64,000 nt of DNA from an uncultured Oligoflexia bacterium (GTDB lineage: Bacteria; Bdellovibrionota; UBA1018; UBA6935), in NCBI GenBank assembly GCA_964013565.1, contig CAXGWU010000001.1, positions 93,601 to 157,600 of the forward strand, given 5' to 3'. The position numbers and the translations under genes are program-made. Below, piece by piece: positions 36,711 through 45,750 of the stretch (position 1 is the stretch's first letter; every line of letters begins with the position of its first letter). A model generated the notes under the pieces. The model saw nothing but the letters and a program-made list of their open reading frames with translations. It did no database searches and was not told the DNA's origin.

Positions 36711-38612
36711 GTGAGATTTTACGCTTCGTTTTTGACCCTTCTTTTTCTGAACCTGAATTTAGCAAATGCTGCAAATTCTCAATCTTTCGATCTTTCTTGT
36801 GACGATTCAAATAAAGTTTTAGCTTATTCTTATGCAAAACATGTGAGAGATCGAGACGATCTTTGGGTTCTTCCAAGAGATTTAAAGAGAGCAGGGCTTC
36901 ATATCATTCAACGTGCTGATCCTCACCGAATTATTTGGTCACAAGCTGATGTTGATCACTTAATGAAAAGTCTTTCTTTTCAGGAATTTGAAAGTGAAGA
37001 GCATTGTCAATATAGGAATAAGTGGCTCTTCAACGTTCTTGAGATAAGGAAACTATGGGTAGTTACTCCGGAGTGGCTTGAAAATCATAAAGCAATTCTG
37101 ACATCAAATACGCCTTTTGAATTTATGGTCGATGAGGTTGAGGTTTCAAAAGAGCGTCCTTATGTTGCTTCAACTGACCTTTTAGAGAAGAGAAGACTTT
37201 GGATCCTGAGAAAAACTTATCGGGAACGATTAGCGAGCAAAAAGAATCCAAAAAAAGCGTGGGAGTCTCTGGTTCAATTAATTACTAATTATGCGGATCT
37301 GGATTTAGGAGATCCTGAGAAAGTCTGGTTAGATGCATTGCTCGCAGAGCTTGGTCCTCATACGAACTATTTTCCACCAGCTCAACAGAAAGCGTTTTCT
37401 GAGAGTACTTCAGCAACGATTGGAGGTGTTGGTGCCTTATTAACGCTGGATCACGGAAAAGTAAAAGTAAAAGAAACAACGGAAGGTTCATCATCAGCTG
37501 CTGAGGGAGGCTTGGTTTCCGGGGATCAAATTCTGGCTGTTGATCAAGTGAAAGTACAAAAGAAGTCATTAGTTGAAGTAGTCGCTATGATTAAAGGAGA
37601 GGTGGGAACGACCGTTGCTTTAAGTATTTTACGGCGTAGCAAAAAACTTGAAGTGAATTTGGTTCGTCAGAAAGTAGATACCTCCTCTTCAGAATACAGT
37701 GTTCGTTTTATTCAAGAGGAAGGGAAAAATTTAGCATGGATTTCTATTCATTCTTTTTTTGGAAATAGAATGAGAGGAGTGTCTAAATTGGTTCGAGAAG
37801 AGTTACAAAAAATTCAGGAGTCTCATAAGATTGATGGTGTGGTTTTTGATTTAAGGGGAAACCCTGGAGGCCTCTTACTTGAGGCAGATTTGTTGCTTGA
37901 TCAGTTTATTTCTACTGGAGTATTGACCGTTTTAAAGTCACGAAGTGTTGATCCTATTACTTTGAAAAAAAGTTGGCGATACGAACCTTATATCTCTGGA
38001 GATCAGGGTGCGATTTTATTTGATTTTCCAGTGGTAGTTTTGGTGAATCGATTAAGTGCAAGTGCTTCAGAAATTTTAGCCGGTGGACTTCAGGCGTATC
38101 GAAGAGCAATTGTAGTGAGTACTGATTCTCAAACTTTTGGAAAAGGAAGTGCCCAGGTCATTGAAAATGTGGGGAATGTTCCAGGTTCATTAAAGTTTAC
38201 TTCGTCGTATTATTATCTTCCAAATGGAATGAGCCCTCAAAATGTTGGAGTGGTTCCTGATGTTTTATTGGAAACTGATTCAGAAGTTCAAAAACGGAAA
38301 GAAAACTATGATGAGATGTTTTCTAAAAGAATATATAAAAAACTAAAAAGCCCAGAACGCATAAATGTATTTGTAAATGAAAACAACGAATATATGAATG
38401 GAGAGGATTGGGGGCTTTTAAAAAATCAATTGAAGCAACGAATGAGTCAACGACTCCAATTAGATGAATCTCAGTCTCATGACCATGGATTGAAGTTTTC
38501 TTCAGTGCCTGGAGTAGCTGAAGCAAGAGCGTTAGAGGTTTTATTAGACTGGGTTTCTGTTGATTCTCAAAAGAATGTCACTCGTGAATTAAAATCAGTT
38601 TGGTCTCCGTAA
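36711..38612 (+). CDS. ctp: C-terminal processing peptidase (S41, Ctp/Prc-like) with PDZ domain
   Basis: GTG start after GAGGAG. Signal peptide. PDZ segment GGLVSGDQILAVDQVKV. S41 blocks DLRGNPGGLL and SASASEILAGGLQ, then TFGKGS. Confidence 0.85.
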   Translation: MRFYASFLTLLFLNLNLANAANSQSFDLSCDDSNKVLAYSYAKHVRDRDDLWVLPRDLKRAGLHIIQRADPHRIIWSQADVDHLMKSLSFQEFESEEHCQYRNKWLFNVLEIRKLWVVTPEWLENHKAILTSNTPFEFMVDEVEVSKERPYVASTDLLEKRRLWILRKTYRERLASKKNPKKAWESLVQLITNYADLDLGDPEKVWLDALLAELGPHTNYFPPAQQKAFSESTSATIGGVGALLTLDHGKVKVKETTEGSSSAAEGGLVSGDQILAVDQVKVQKKSLVEVVAMIKGEVGTTVALSILRRSKKLEVNLVRQKVDTSSSEYSVRFIQEEGKNLAWISIHSFFGNRMRGVSKLVREELQKIQESHKIDGVVFDLRGNPGGLLLEADLLLDQFISTGVLTVLKSRSVDPITLKKSWRYEPYISGDQGAILFDFPVVVLVNRLSASASEILAGGLQAYRRAIVVSTDSQTFGKGSAQVIENVGNVPGSLKFTSSYYYLPNGMSPQNVGVVPDVLLETDSEVQKRKENYDEMFSKRIYKKLKSPERINVFVNENNEYMNGEDWGLLKNQLKQRMSQRLQLDESQSHDHGLKFSSVPGVAEARALEVLLDWVSVDSQKNVTRELKSVWSP

Positions 38613-38682
38613 GTTTATCATTCAACCGGGATCTATTTTGTTGTGAGAAAGAATATTCTCATAAAAAGCCGGAGTTTTTTAT

Positions 38683-39600
38683 TCACTGTGTGAGAGGGAT
38701 CCAAAGATAAATTCCCCAGTAATCGATTAGTGCTGCGGCAAGAATGAGAATAAGGCTGAAATTGACCCAGAGGAAAAATCTAAGCCATGACTTTTCTAGA
38801 TCTTTGGTTGAAAATCGTTTGAGTTCAAAAAGAATTTTTACTCCAATGAGAACGGAGGCTCCCATATAAAAAGCACCGACGTGTAAAAAAAGAGGACCAA
38901 TTAATAAGAGTGCAATATAGCCAAGGGACCATACGGCGATTTCTTGCACGGTGGTTTCCTCTCCTTGAGAAACAGGAAGAGTGGGAATGTTTCCGAGTTG
39001 ATAGTCTTTTTTAAATCGAATTGCTAGTGACCAAAAGTGAGGCATTTGCCAAAAAAATAAAATAAAGAAGAGGTACCAACCTGCAGGATCAAAAGGATGT
39101 CCTGAAGAAGAGAGGTGTCCCATCAGAATCGGAAGGGCTCCTGGAATAGCTCCTGGAATAGCGGCGTGAGCCCATCTGGGTTTCCACCAAAGGGTATAAA
39201 GAAAGTTGTAGGAGAGTACTGCAAATAGTCCAAAAATAAAAAGGGATCGGCTGAGAAAGAAAAGACATGATGCTCCAATGATTAAAAGTGTGGTGGCTAA
39301 GAGTTTCGCTTGCGTGGGAGTGATCCGTCCAGAGGGTAAGGGACGGTTCTGAGTTCGTGGCATTTTGGCGTCAATGATTGCTTCACTGATTTGGTTCCAT
39401 CCAGAAGATCCGGAAGCTAAAAAAAAGATCCCGATGAACGTTATTGAAAAACGAAACCAGTCAAGTTTTTTTTCAAGAGGATGACCTAGAAAATAGCCAC
39501 TAAGAACACTAATGAGAACAAGGGAGACGATTCCTCCTTTTGTAAATTCTCGAAAAGTTTTCAGTAGGTTTTGTTGAGGAATTGCTGTTTTCGTGGTCAT
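38683..39600 (-). CDS. ctaB: protoheme IX farnesyltransferase (heme O synthase)
   Basis: UbiA-family motifs DAKMPRTQNRPLPSGRI and WQMPHFWSLA. Start taken at the internal MTTKTA. Confidence 0.88.
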   Translation of the reverse strand: MTTKTAIPQQNLLKTFREFTKGGIVSLVLISVLSGYFLGHPLEKKLDWFRFSITFIGIFFLASGSSGWNQISEAIIDAKMPRTQNRPLPSGRITPTQAKLLATTLLIIGASCLFFLSRSLFIFGLFAVLSYNFLYTLWWKPRWAHAAIPGAIPGALPILMGHLSSSGHPFDPAGWYLFFILFFWQMPHFWSLAIRFKKDYQLGNIPTLPVSQGEETTVQEIAVWSLGYIALLLIGPLFLHVGAFYMGASVLIGVKILFELKRFSTKDLEKSWLRFFLWVNFSLILILAAALIDYWGIYLWIPLTQ

Positions 39601-39809
39601 TGGAAGGCGACTATATAACAGTTGACCACAATGAAAAGAGAATTTCTCATGCGCTTTTAAAGAATACAAAAAAGTCATCATTAAAAAAAACGACGTAAAA
39701 CGTTGACTTAGAGAGGTTTAAAAAATAGAAAATGAGTTCAACCTAAAAAAACTAAAGAAAGTTTTAGAAGATGGACGTCTTGCAGACAATAGAGCGCGGA
39801 GTAAAAGTG

Positions 39810-40646
39810 ATGGGGATACGAGCGCTCGTCGTCTTTTTCTTATTTAGCAGTTTATCTTCTTTTGCAGCTTCAGAAATTCCAGGTGAATTAAAGGGAGTTG
39901 GAATTGAGGAGAAATTAGGAAATCAAGTTCCAATTACCGAGTTAGAATTCAAAAACGAGGATTCTCAACCAGTTCGTTTAAGTCAATATTTTAAAAGTGG
40001 TAAACCAGTTGTTCTTGCTCTTGTTTATTATAACTGCCCTAATCTCTGTAATTTTCTTCTCAATGGCTTTTTGGATACGCTGAAAAAGTTTCAATGGTTA
40101 CCTGGACGCGAGTTTGAAATTGTAACGGTAAGTATTAATCCCAGAGAAGGTTCTTCTTTAGCTAAAGAAAAGAAGAAGCGATATATAGAGGCTCTTGGAA
40201 GAGATCCAGAGGTGGTTGCTCAGGGTTGGCATTTTTTGACCGGACAGGAAGATCAGATTAAGAAGCTGGCTGATTCTGTAGGGTTTGGTTTTCGGTTTGA
40301 TGAAAAAAGTGGCGAATTTGCTCATAGTTCGGCTCTTTTTGTATTAACTCCTTCTGGAAAGCTTTCTAGAAATCTTTATGGGATTGAATTTCCTCAAAAA
40401 GACTTTAAGCTCGCTTTATTAGAGGCATCTGACGGAAAAATTGGTACTATAGTAGACCGAGTCCTTTTATTTTGTTTCCATTATGATCCAGATTCACGGG
40501 GATATTCCCTCTATGTCTGGAGATTAATGCGTCTTGGCAGTGCGGGAACCCTCTTTGCTGTAGGTGGTTATCTCGCTGTTTTTTGGAGACGTCAGAGAAG
40601 GAAAGAAGAAGAGGACGAAGAGACTGTGAATGAAGGAGATGTGTAA
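39810..40646 (+). CDS. SCO1/SenC copper chaperone
   Basis: Signal/anchor. Thioredoxin-like CPNLC (CxxxC) plus a downstream His (FAHSS). Immediately precedes coxB. GGAG 9 nt before ATG 39810. Confidence 0.85.
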   Translation: MGIRALVVFFLFSSLSSFAASEIPGELKGVGIEEKLGNQVPITELEFKNEDSQPVRLSQYFKSGKPVVLALVYYNCPNLCNFLLNGFLDTLKKFQWLPGREFEIVTVSINPREGSSLAKEKKKRYIEALGRDPEVVAQGWHFLTGQEDQIKKLADSVGFGFRFDEKSGEFAHSSALFVLTPSGKLSRNLYGIEFPQKDFKLALLEASDGKIGTIVDRVLLFCFHYDPDSRGYSLYVWRLMRLGSAGTLFAVGGYLAVFWRRQRRKEEEDEETVNEGDV

Positions 40647-41669
40647 ATGATATCCATTGCGAATGCCGCAGATAAATTTGCTGGAACCCTACCGATCCAA
40701 GGGACAAATGTCGCTACAGGTTGGGACATGCTATATTGGTTCTTAATTGGCGTAAGTGTCTTTTTCTTTGTGGGAACCATGGCTGCAATGGTTTTTTTCG
40801 CTTGGAAATATCGAGCAAGTTCGGGCGCAAAACCAGTTGATTTTCGAGGAAATCACCTTATTGAGATTATTTGGACGGTTATTCCAACTGCACTGGTTCT
40901 TTTGATTTTTGCATGGGGATGGGTTGTTTACAAACAAATGGTACATGTTCCTGGTGACGCGATGGAAATTCGAGTCATTGGAAAACAGTGGCTTTGGCAG
41001 TTTATTTATGACGATGGTCGTAAGACAGTCGGTGAAGTTTATGTTCCTGTGAATCGTCCTGTTAAACTGATTCTGACTTCAGATGACGTGATTCACGGAT
41101 TTTTTATTCCAAACTTTCGAGTGAAAAAGGATGTTGTTCCTGGGATGTATACTTCTGTTTGGTTTCAGGCAAAGGTACCGGGGCGGCATCAGGTTTTTTG
41201 TACTGAATACTGTGGAGGCGCTCACTCAGGGATGTTAGCTAAAATTTATGCACTTCCAGAAGCGGATTTTCAGGCATGGAAGCGTGGCAAAAAAGTGGAA
41301 GTCAAAGGATTTGATGCCGAGCTTGCAAATAAAGAAATTTCTGGTGGGGCTTCTTCGGGAGGTCAATTAAAGAAAGTTTCTCTTGCCGACCAAGGAAAGA
41401 AACTCACTGAGACTAAAGGATGTATTGCTTGTCATAGCTCAGATGGTTCAAAATTAATTGGTCCTTCTTATAAAGGGCTTTTTGGTAGTAAAAGAGTCTT
41501 TACTGATGGGAGCTCTGTTGTCGCCGATGAGAATTATATTCGTGAGTCCATTGAGAATCCCGGTAAAAAGGTGGTTCAGGGATTTGCTCCGTCGATGCCA
41601 ACCTTTAAAGGTTTAGTTAACGAAGAAGAGTTAAATGCGATTATCTCTTATATTAAGAGTTTGAAATAA
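40647..41669 (+). CDS. ctaC: cytochrome c oxidase subunit II with fused C-terminal cytochrome c (caa3-type)
   Basis: Two N-terminal TM helices. CuA site HGFFIP..CTEYCGGAHSGM. C-terminal CIACH heme c domain. Confidence 0.92.
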   Translation: MISIANAADKFAGTLPIQGTNVATGWDMLYWFLIGVSVFFFVGTMAAMVFFAWKYRASSGAKPVDFRGNHLIEIIWTVIPTALVLLIFAWGWVVYKQMVHVPGDAMEIRVIGKQWLWQFIYDDGRKTVGEVYVPVNRPVKLILTSDDVIHGFFIPNFRVKKDVVPGMYTSVWFQAKVPGRHQVFCTEYCGGAHSGMLAKIYALPEADFQAWKRGKKVEVKGFDAELANKEISGGASSGGQLKKVSLADQGKKLTETKGCIACHSSDGSKLIGPSYKGLFGSKRVFTDGSSVVADENYIRESIENPGKKVVQGFAPSMPTFKGLVNEEELNAIISYIKSLK

Positions 41670-41680
41670 AGGAGACAGAT

Positions 41681-43282
41681 GTGAGTAGTGAACACCACGG
41701 AGATGTCAATTACCTGAATCATGAAAAAGGATTAAAATCCTGGTTGACGACTGTTGACCATAAACGGATTGGAATGATGTATCTTTTCACCGTTTTGTTC
41801 ATGTTTTTAATTGGGGGGATTTTTGCCCTTTTGGTTCGATTGGAGCTATTTTCAACAGGCCCAACGATTATTGATATGAATACTTATAATCAGTATTTCA
41901 CTTATCATGGGACGATTATGGTATTCATGGTGGTCATTCCATTGATCCCTGCCGCGATTGGGAACTTTGTTTTACCAATTATGTTGGGGGCAAAAGATGT
42001 TGCCTTTCCAAGATTGAATCTAGCTACTTATTATATCTATCTTGTAGGTGTTTTGGTTGCTTGTACAACGTTGTTTTTAAATGGAGTAGATACGGGCTGG
42101 ACTTTTTATACTCCTTATTCGATCCGAACGAGTACTTCTACAACATTGGTTATTTTAGGCGCCTTTATTCTTGGGTTTTCTGGAATTTTTACGGCACTTA
42201 ATTTTATTGTTAGTATTCACAAGTTAAGAGCACCCGGACTGACATGGGATCGACTCCCTCTTTTTGTTTGGGCATCTTATGCCACAAGTATTGTGCAGAT
42301 GTTGGCAACTCCGGTTCTTGCTATTACTCTTTTCTTATTAATTTTTGAGAGACTAACTGGGATTGGGATTTTTGATCCAAAGCTGGGTGGAGACCCTGTA
42401 ATGTTTCAACATTTCTTTTGGTTTTATTCTCATCCTGCGGTGTATATTATGGCACTTCCTGCCATGGGAATTGTTTCAGAGGTCATTCCCGTTCATTCTC
42501 AAAAGCCGATTTTTGGCTATAAAGCGATTGCGATGGCAACTTTTGGGATTGCTCTTGTTGCCTTCATTGTTTGGGGACATCATATGTTTGTTTCTGGACA
42601 GTCTGAGTTAGCAAACTTTGTATTCTCTTTGCTAACGATGTTTGTGGCGGTTCCTACAGGAGTGAAAGTTTTTAGTTGGATAGGGACAATGTATAAAGGT
42701 TCGATCCGATTTAATGCCCCCATGCTTTACGCAATGGCATTTTTGTTTATTTTTACGATCGGTGGTTTGACTGGAATCTTTTTAGCGACCGTTGCAACCA
42801 ATGTTCATTTAACGGATACGTACTTTGTTGTGGCTCACTTTCACTATGTAATGGTGGGTGGAACGTTGATGGGCTTTATGGCTGGATTCCATCATTGGTT
42901 TCCTAAAATGTTTGGAAGAATGTACAACGAGTCTGCCGCATTAGTTTCGGGTTTTTTAGTATTTGTTGGCTTTAATGTAACTTTCTTTCCTCAGTTTATT
43001 TTGGGGGCACAGGGAATGCCGAGAAGGTACTATGATTACCTTCCTGAGTTTGAAGCTCTTAACCGGGTTTCTACCGTTGGTTCAATGATGATTGGGTTAG
43101 GTTTTGTTTTTTCAGCAATTTACTTATTTAAAGCAATGAAATCAGGACCAAAAGCTTCGGCGAATCCGTGGAATGGAAAATCGTTGGAATGGGAAACGAC
43201 TTCCCCTCCACATCCTCATAACTTTCATGATCAGCCTGTTGTGACTCATGGACCTTACGACTTTATTGAGCAGGGAGAATAA
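41681..43282 (+). CDS. ctaD: cytochrome c oxidase subunit I
   Basis: GTG start after AAGGAG. Canonical WFYSHPAVY, GHHMF and HFHYV motifs. Confidence 0.95.
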   Translation: MSSEHHGDVNYLNHEKGLKSWLTTVDHKRIGMMYLFTVLFMFLIGGIFALLVRLELFSTGPTIIDMNTYNQYFTYHGTIMVFMVVIPLIPAAIGNFVLPIMLGAKDVAFPRLNLATYYIYLVGVLVACTTLFLNGVDTGWTFYTPYSIRTSTSTTLVILGAFILGFSGIFTALNFIVSIHKLRAPGLTWDRLPLFVWASYATSIVQMLATPVLAITLFLLIFERLTGIGIFDPKLGGDPVMFQHFFWFYSHPAVYIMALPAMGIVSEVIPVHSQKPIFGYKAIAMATFGIALVAFIVWGHHMFVSGQSELANFVFSLLTMFVAVPTGVKVFSWIGTMYKGSIRFNAPMLYAMAFLFIFTIGGLTGIFLATVATNVHLTDTYFVVAHFHYVMVGGTLMGFMAGFHHWFPKMFGRMYNESAALVSGFLVFVGFNVTFFPQFILGAQGMPRRYYDYLPEFEALNRVSTVGSMMIGLGFVFSAIYLFKAMKSGPKASANPWNGKSLEWETTSPPHPHNFHDQPVVTHGPYDFIEQGE

Positions 43283-43285
43283 TCA

Positions 43286-43930
43286 ATGGCAATAGTTGCA
43301 AGTGAAAGAAAACATTCAGAACACTTTAATAGTGCGGAACATGAATTTGTTTCGAGTAAGCAGGGAATGTGGTTATTTCTGCTTCAAGAGGTCTTGTTTT
43401 TTGCGGGTCTTTTTGTTGCTTATGGAATTTTTAGGGCTCTAAACCCGGAAATGTTTCATGCAGCATCACAAATGCTCGATGTAAAAATGGGTGCTTTGAA
43501 TACTGTGGTTTTGATTTGTAGTAGTTTGACGATGGCTTTTGCCGTTCGTTCTGCTCAAACAAATCAGACTAAAAAGACAACGATGTATTTGATTGTCACT
43601 TTTCTACTCGCATCCGTTTTCTTGGTGGTGAAGTATTTTGAATATAGCCACAAATTTCATGTCGGACTTCTTCCTGGTCAATATTTTACGAACACAGAAT
43701 TGACGGATCCAAAGTCAGGACTCTTTTTCTCATTGTACTTTATGATGACGGGGGTTCATGGATTGCACATTATTTTAGGAATGCTTGTGATTCTTTGGTT
43801 GGTTAGAAGATCATCCAGAAATGAGTTTGGCTCGAATTATTATACACCTGTTGAACTATTTGGTTTGTATTGGCACTTTGTCGATTTAATTTGGATTTAT
43901 TTATTCCCATTATTGTATCTTATTGATTAA
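43286..43930 (+). CDS. ctaE: cytochrome c oxidase subunit III
   Basis: FYFMMTGVHGLHI and YWHFVDLIW motifs. Confidence 0.92.
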   Translation: MAIVASERKHSEHFNSAEHEFVSSKQGMWLFLLQEVLFFAGLFVAYGIFRALNPEMFHAASQMLDVKMGALNTVVLICSSLTMAFAVRSAQTNQTKKTTMYLIVTFLLASVFLVVKYFEYSHKFHVGLLPGQYFTNTELTDPKSGLFFSLYFMMTGVHGLHIILGMLVILWLVRRSSRNEFGSNYYTPVELFGLYWHFVDLIWIYLFPLLYLID

Positions 43931-43943
43931 GGCGAGGAAAAGC

Positions 43944-44741
43944 ATGAGTAATCAACACGAACATCATGAACATTTTATTTTACCAGTGAAACTAGGAATT
44001 TTTGTTTGGTTCGCTTTGATCATTGGTACGATTATTACGGTATTAGTCGCTCAGGTTCACTTAGGTGAGTGGAATTTTGCTGTGGCAATGGCCATTGCAA
44101 CTGTAAAGGCGGCGCTTGTCGTTACTTACTTTATGGGAATGAAGTATGAAACAAACGATAATAGAGTAATTGCAGTCAGTGCGATTATTTTTAGTGTCAT
44201 CTTTTTCGTTCTTACAGCAACAGATCTGTTTTTTAGGAAAGATGGGGTCTATGTTCAAAAGGGTGATCTAGAAGCATGGGCCGCTTTGGGAGCAGACTCT
44301 CAAACTCTTAAATTTAAAAAACCTTGGGTATCTAGCGATGAGCTCGTTGCTCATGGGAAAAAGTTATTTGATATGCAATGTGCCACTTGCCACGGTTCTG
44401 CTGGGAAAGGTGATGGTCCTGCTTCAGGTGCACTTAATCCGAAACCAAGGAATTTCACACAGGCATCTGGATGGAAAAATGGACGAAAACCCGCACAGAT
44501 TTACGGAACTCTTCAAAAAGGGTTAGGAACAATGCCTTCGTTCGGATCTCTTCCTAAGGATGACCTTTGGGCATTGGCTCATTATGTCTCGCATTTTGGA
44601 CCAGATGTCTTAAAAGATAGCAATGCAGACTTGAAAAAAGTTGGAATTGACCCATCAAAAGAAGATGGTGGTCTTGGGGGAGCAGGGTCTAAGGTTCTTC
44701 CAATTGACTTCGCAATTGAATTGATGTCAGAAGATTCATAA
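43944..44741 (+). CDS. cytochrome c oxidase subunit IV-like membrane domain fused to a C-terminal cytochrome c domain
   Basis: N-part: three TM helices with AxxKAALVVxYFM, typical of bacterial subunit IV. C-part: CATCHGSAGKGDG..MPSF class I cytochrome c. GAGGAAA before ATG 43944. Confidence 0.75.
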   Translation: MSNQHEHHEHFILPVKLGIFVWFALIIGTIITVLVAQVHLGEWNFAVAMAIATVKAALVVTYFMGMKYETNDNRVIAVSAIIFSVIFFVLTATDLFFRKDGVYVQKGDLEAWAALGADSQTLKFKKPWVSSDELVAHGKKLFDMQCATCHGSAGKGDGPASGALNPKPRNFTQASGWKNGRKPAQIYGTLQKGLGTMPSFGSLPKDDLWALAHYVSHFGPDVLKDSNADLKKVGIDPSKEDGGLGGAGSKVLPIDFAIELMSEDS

Positions 44742-44756
44742 AAACTAGAAAAAATT

Positions 44757-44870
44757 AAAGAGGAGATTGATTACTTTTCATCTTCGGGTGAACAGTGTTC
44801 TTCAAAGCTTTTCATCATGATTTGTTCGGATGGGGATGAAGAGTAATCAATCTCCTCTTCTTTTTTCTTT
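44757..44870. terminator. long inverted repeat (about 25-bp arms, 52-nt loop) with flanking T/A runs; probable bidirectional terminator
   Basis: Arm 44758-44782 (aagaggagattgattacttttcatc) pairs with 44835-44859 (gatgaagagtaatcaatctcctctt), with a single T-G wobble position. T-run at 44861-44866. Lies between convergent genes. Confidence 0.6.
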
Positions 44871-45750
44871 AGAATAATTTTTTTATTTTTAACCATTCTC
44901 TAATCGCTTGATCTTTAGATCCTCGATTAAACATTTCTACTTGATGATCTTCCCCTCCATAACGAAAAGTGAGAACGTCTAAAGATGGATCGTTCTTTAA
45001 CGCTTTTGCTACTCCATCGCAGTGATGTCTATGGTCATCTATAAAGAGGATAGATTTAAGCTTTTTTTTCGCATGATTTAAAAAAAGCTTAAGCATTGCT
45101 CCTTTATGTTGTCCTTCTGAAAAAAAAATACCTTCTCGATAAAGAACTTTTCGTGGAGAGGTAAGTAGATGAAAATTTTTAATTTCTTTTAAAGAAAATC
45201 CTTCTTTTTGAAGAGTTGAATATTGATACGGTAAAAAAGTATTTTTTGGAAAAGATGAAGGTATTGCGTTTTGACTTAAGTCCACTTGAATTGAAGTCAG
45301 ATGCCTCATGGTGTACGGGTAAAAACGAGGCCCCCGACTGGTTAAAATGAGAATAGGGTATCCTTGATTTTGAAGGGAGCGGATGAGAGTCGATGTGTTT
45401 TTCTGAGTAGGTCGAGCTGCGGCGAGCGCATGCAGTTTCCCTTGTACTTCTAATAGCCCCATAAAAGACTGAGCGACAGCAAAAGGAAAGTGAGGCTGAT
45501 TTAGATGTTCATATTGCCAACGAAACCATTGATCACTTCCAATCGATTGTTGATAAGCAAGTAGAGTATTGTCGAGATCAAAAACGACAAGAGTTTGAAA
45601 AATACTGTGAGTGTTTGACTGTATTTTGGAATATTTGACGACTTCTTCGAGATGGTTGATTTCATAGTGATGAGATGAAGCATATGAGAGTTGAAAAATA
45701 ATCTGAAAAAATAAGATCAAGACAAATTCTCTTTCATTTGTGGCTCCCAT
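44869..45750 (-). CDS. HAD-superfamily phosphatase-like protein, probably exported
   Basis: VVFDLDNTLL (DxDxT motif I), LTSRG (motif II-like), FIDDHRHH (motif IV-like). Hydrophobic N-terminus. Confidence 0.55.
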   Translation of the reverse strand: MGATNEREFVLILFFQIIFQLSYASSHHYEINHLEEVVKYSKIQSNTHSIFQTLVVFDLDNTLLAYQQSIGSDQWFRWQYEHLNQPHFPFAVAQSFMGLLEVQGKLHALAAARPTQKNTSTLIRSLQNQGYPILILTSRGPRFYPYTMRHLTSIQVDLSQNAIPSSFPKNTFLPYQYSTLQKEGFSLKEIKNFHLLTSPRKVLYREGIFFSEGQHKGAMLKLFLNHAKKKLKSILFIDDHRHHCDGVAKALKNDPSLDVLTFRYGGEDHQVEMFNRGSKDQAIREWLKIKKLF

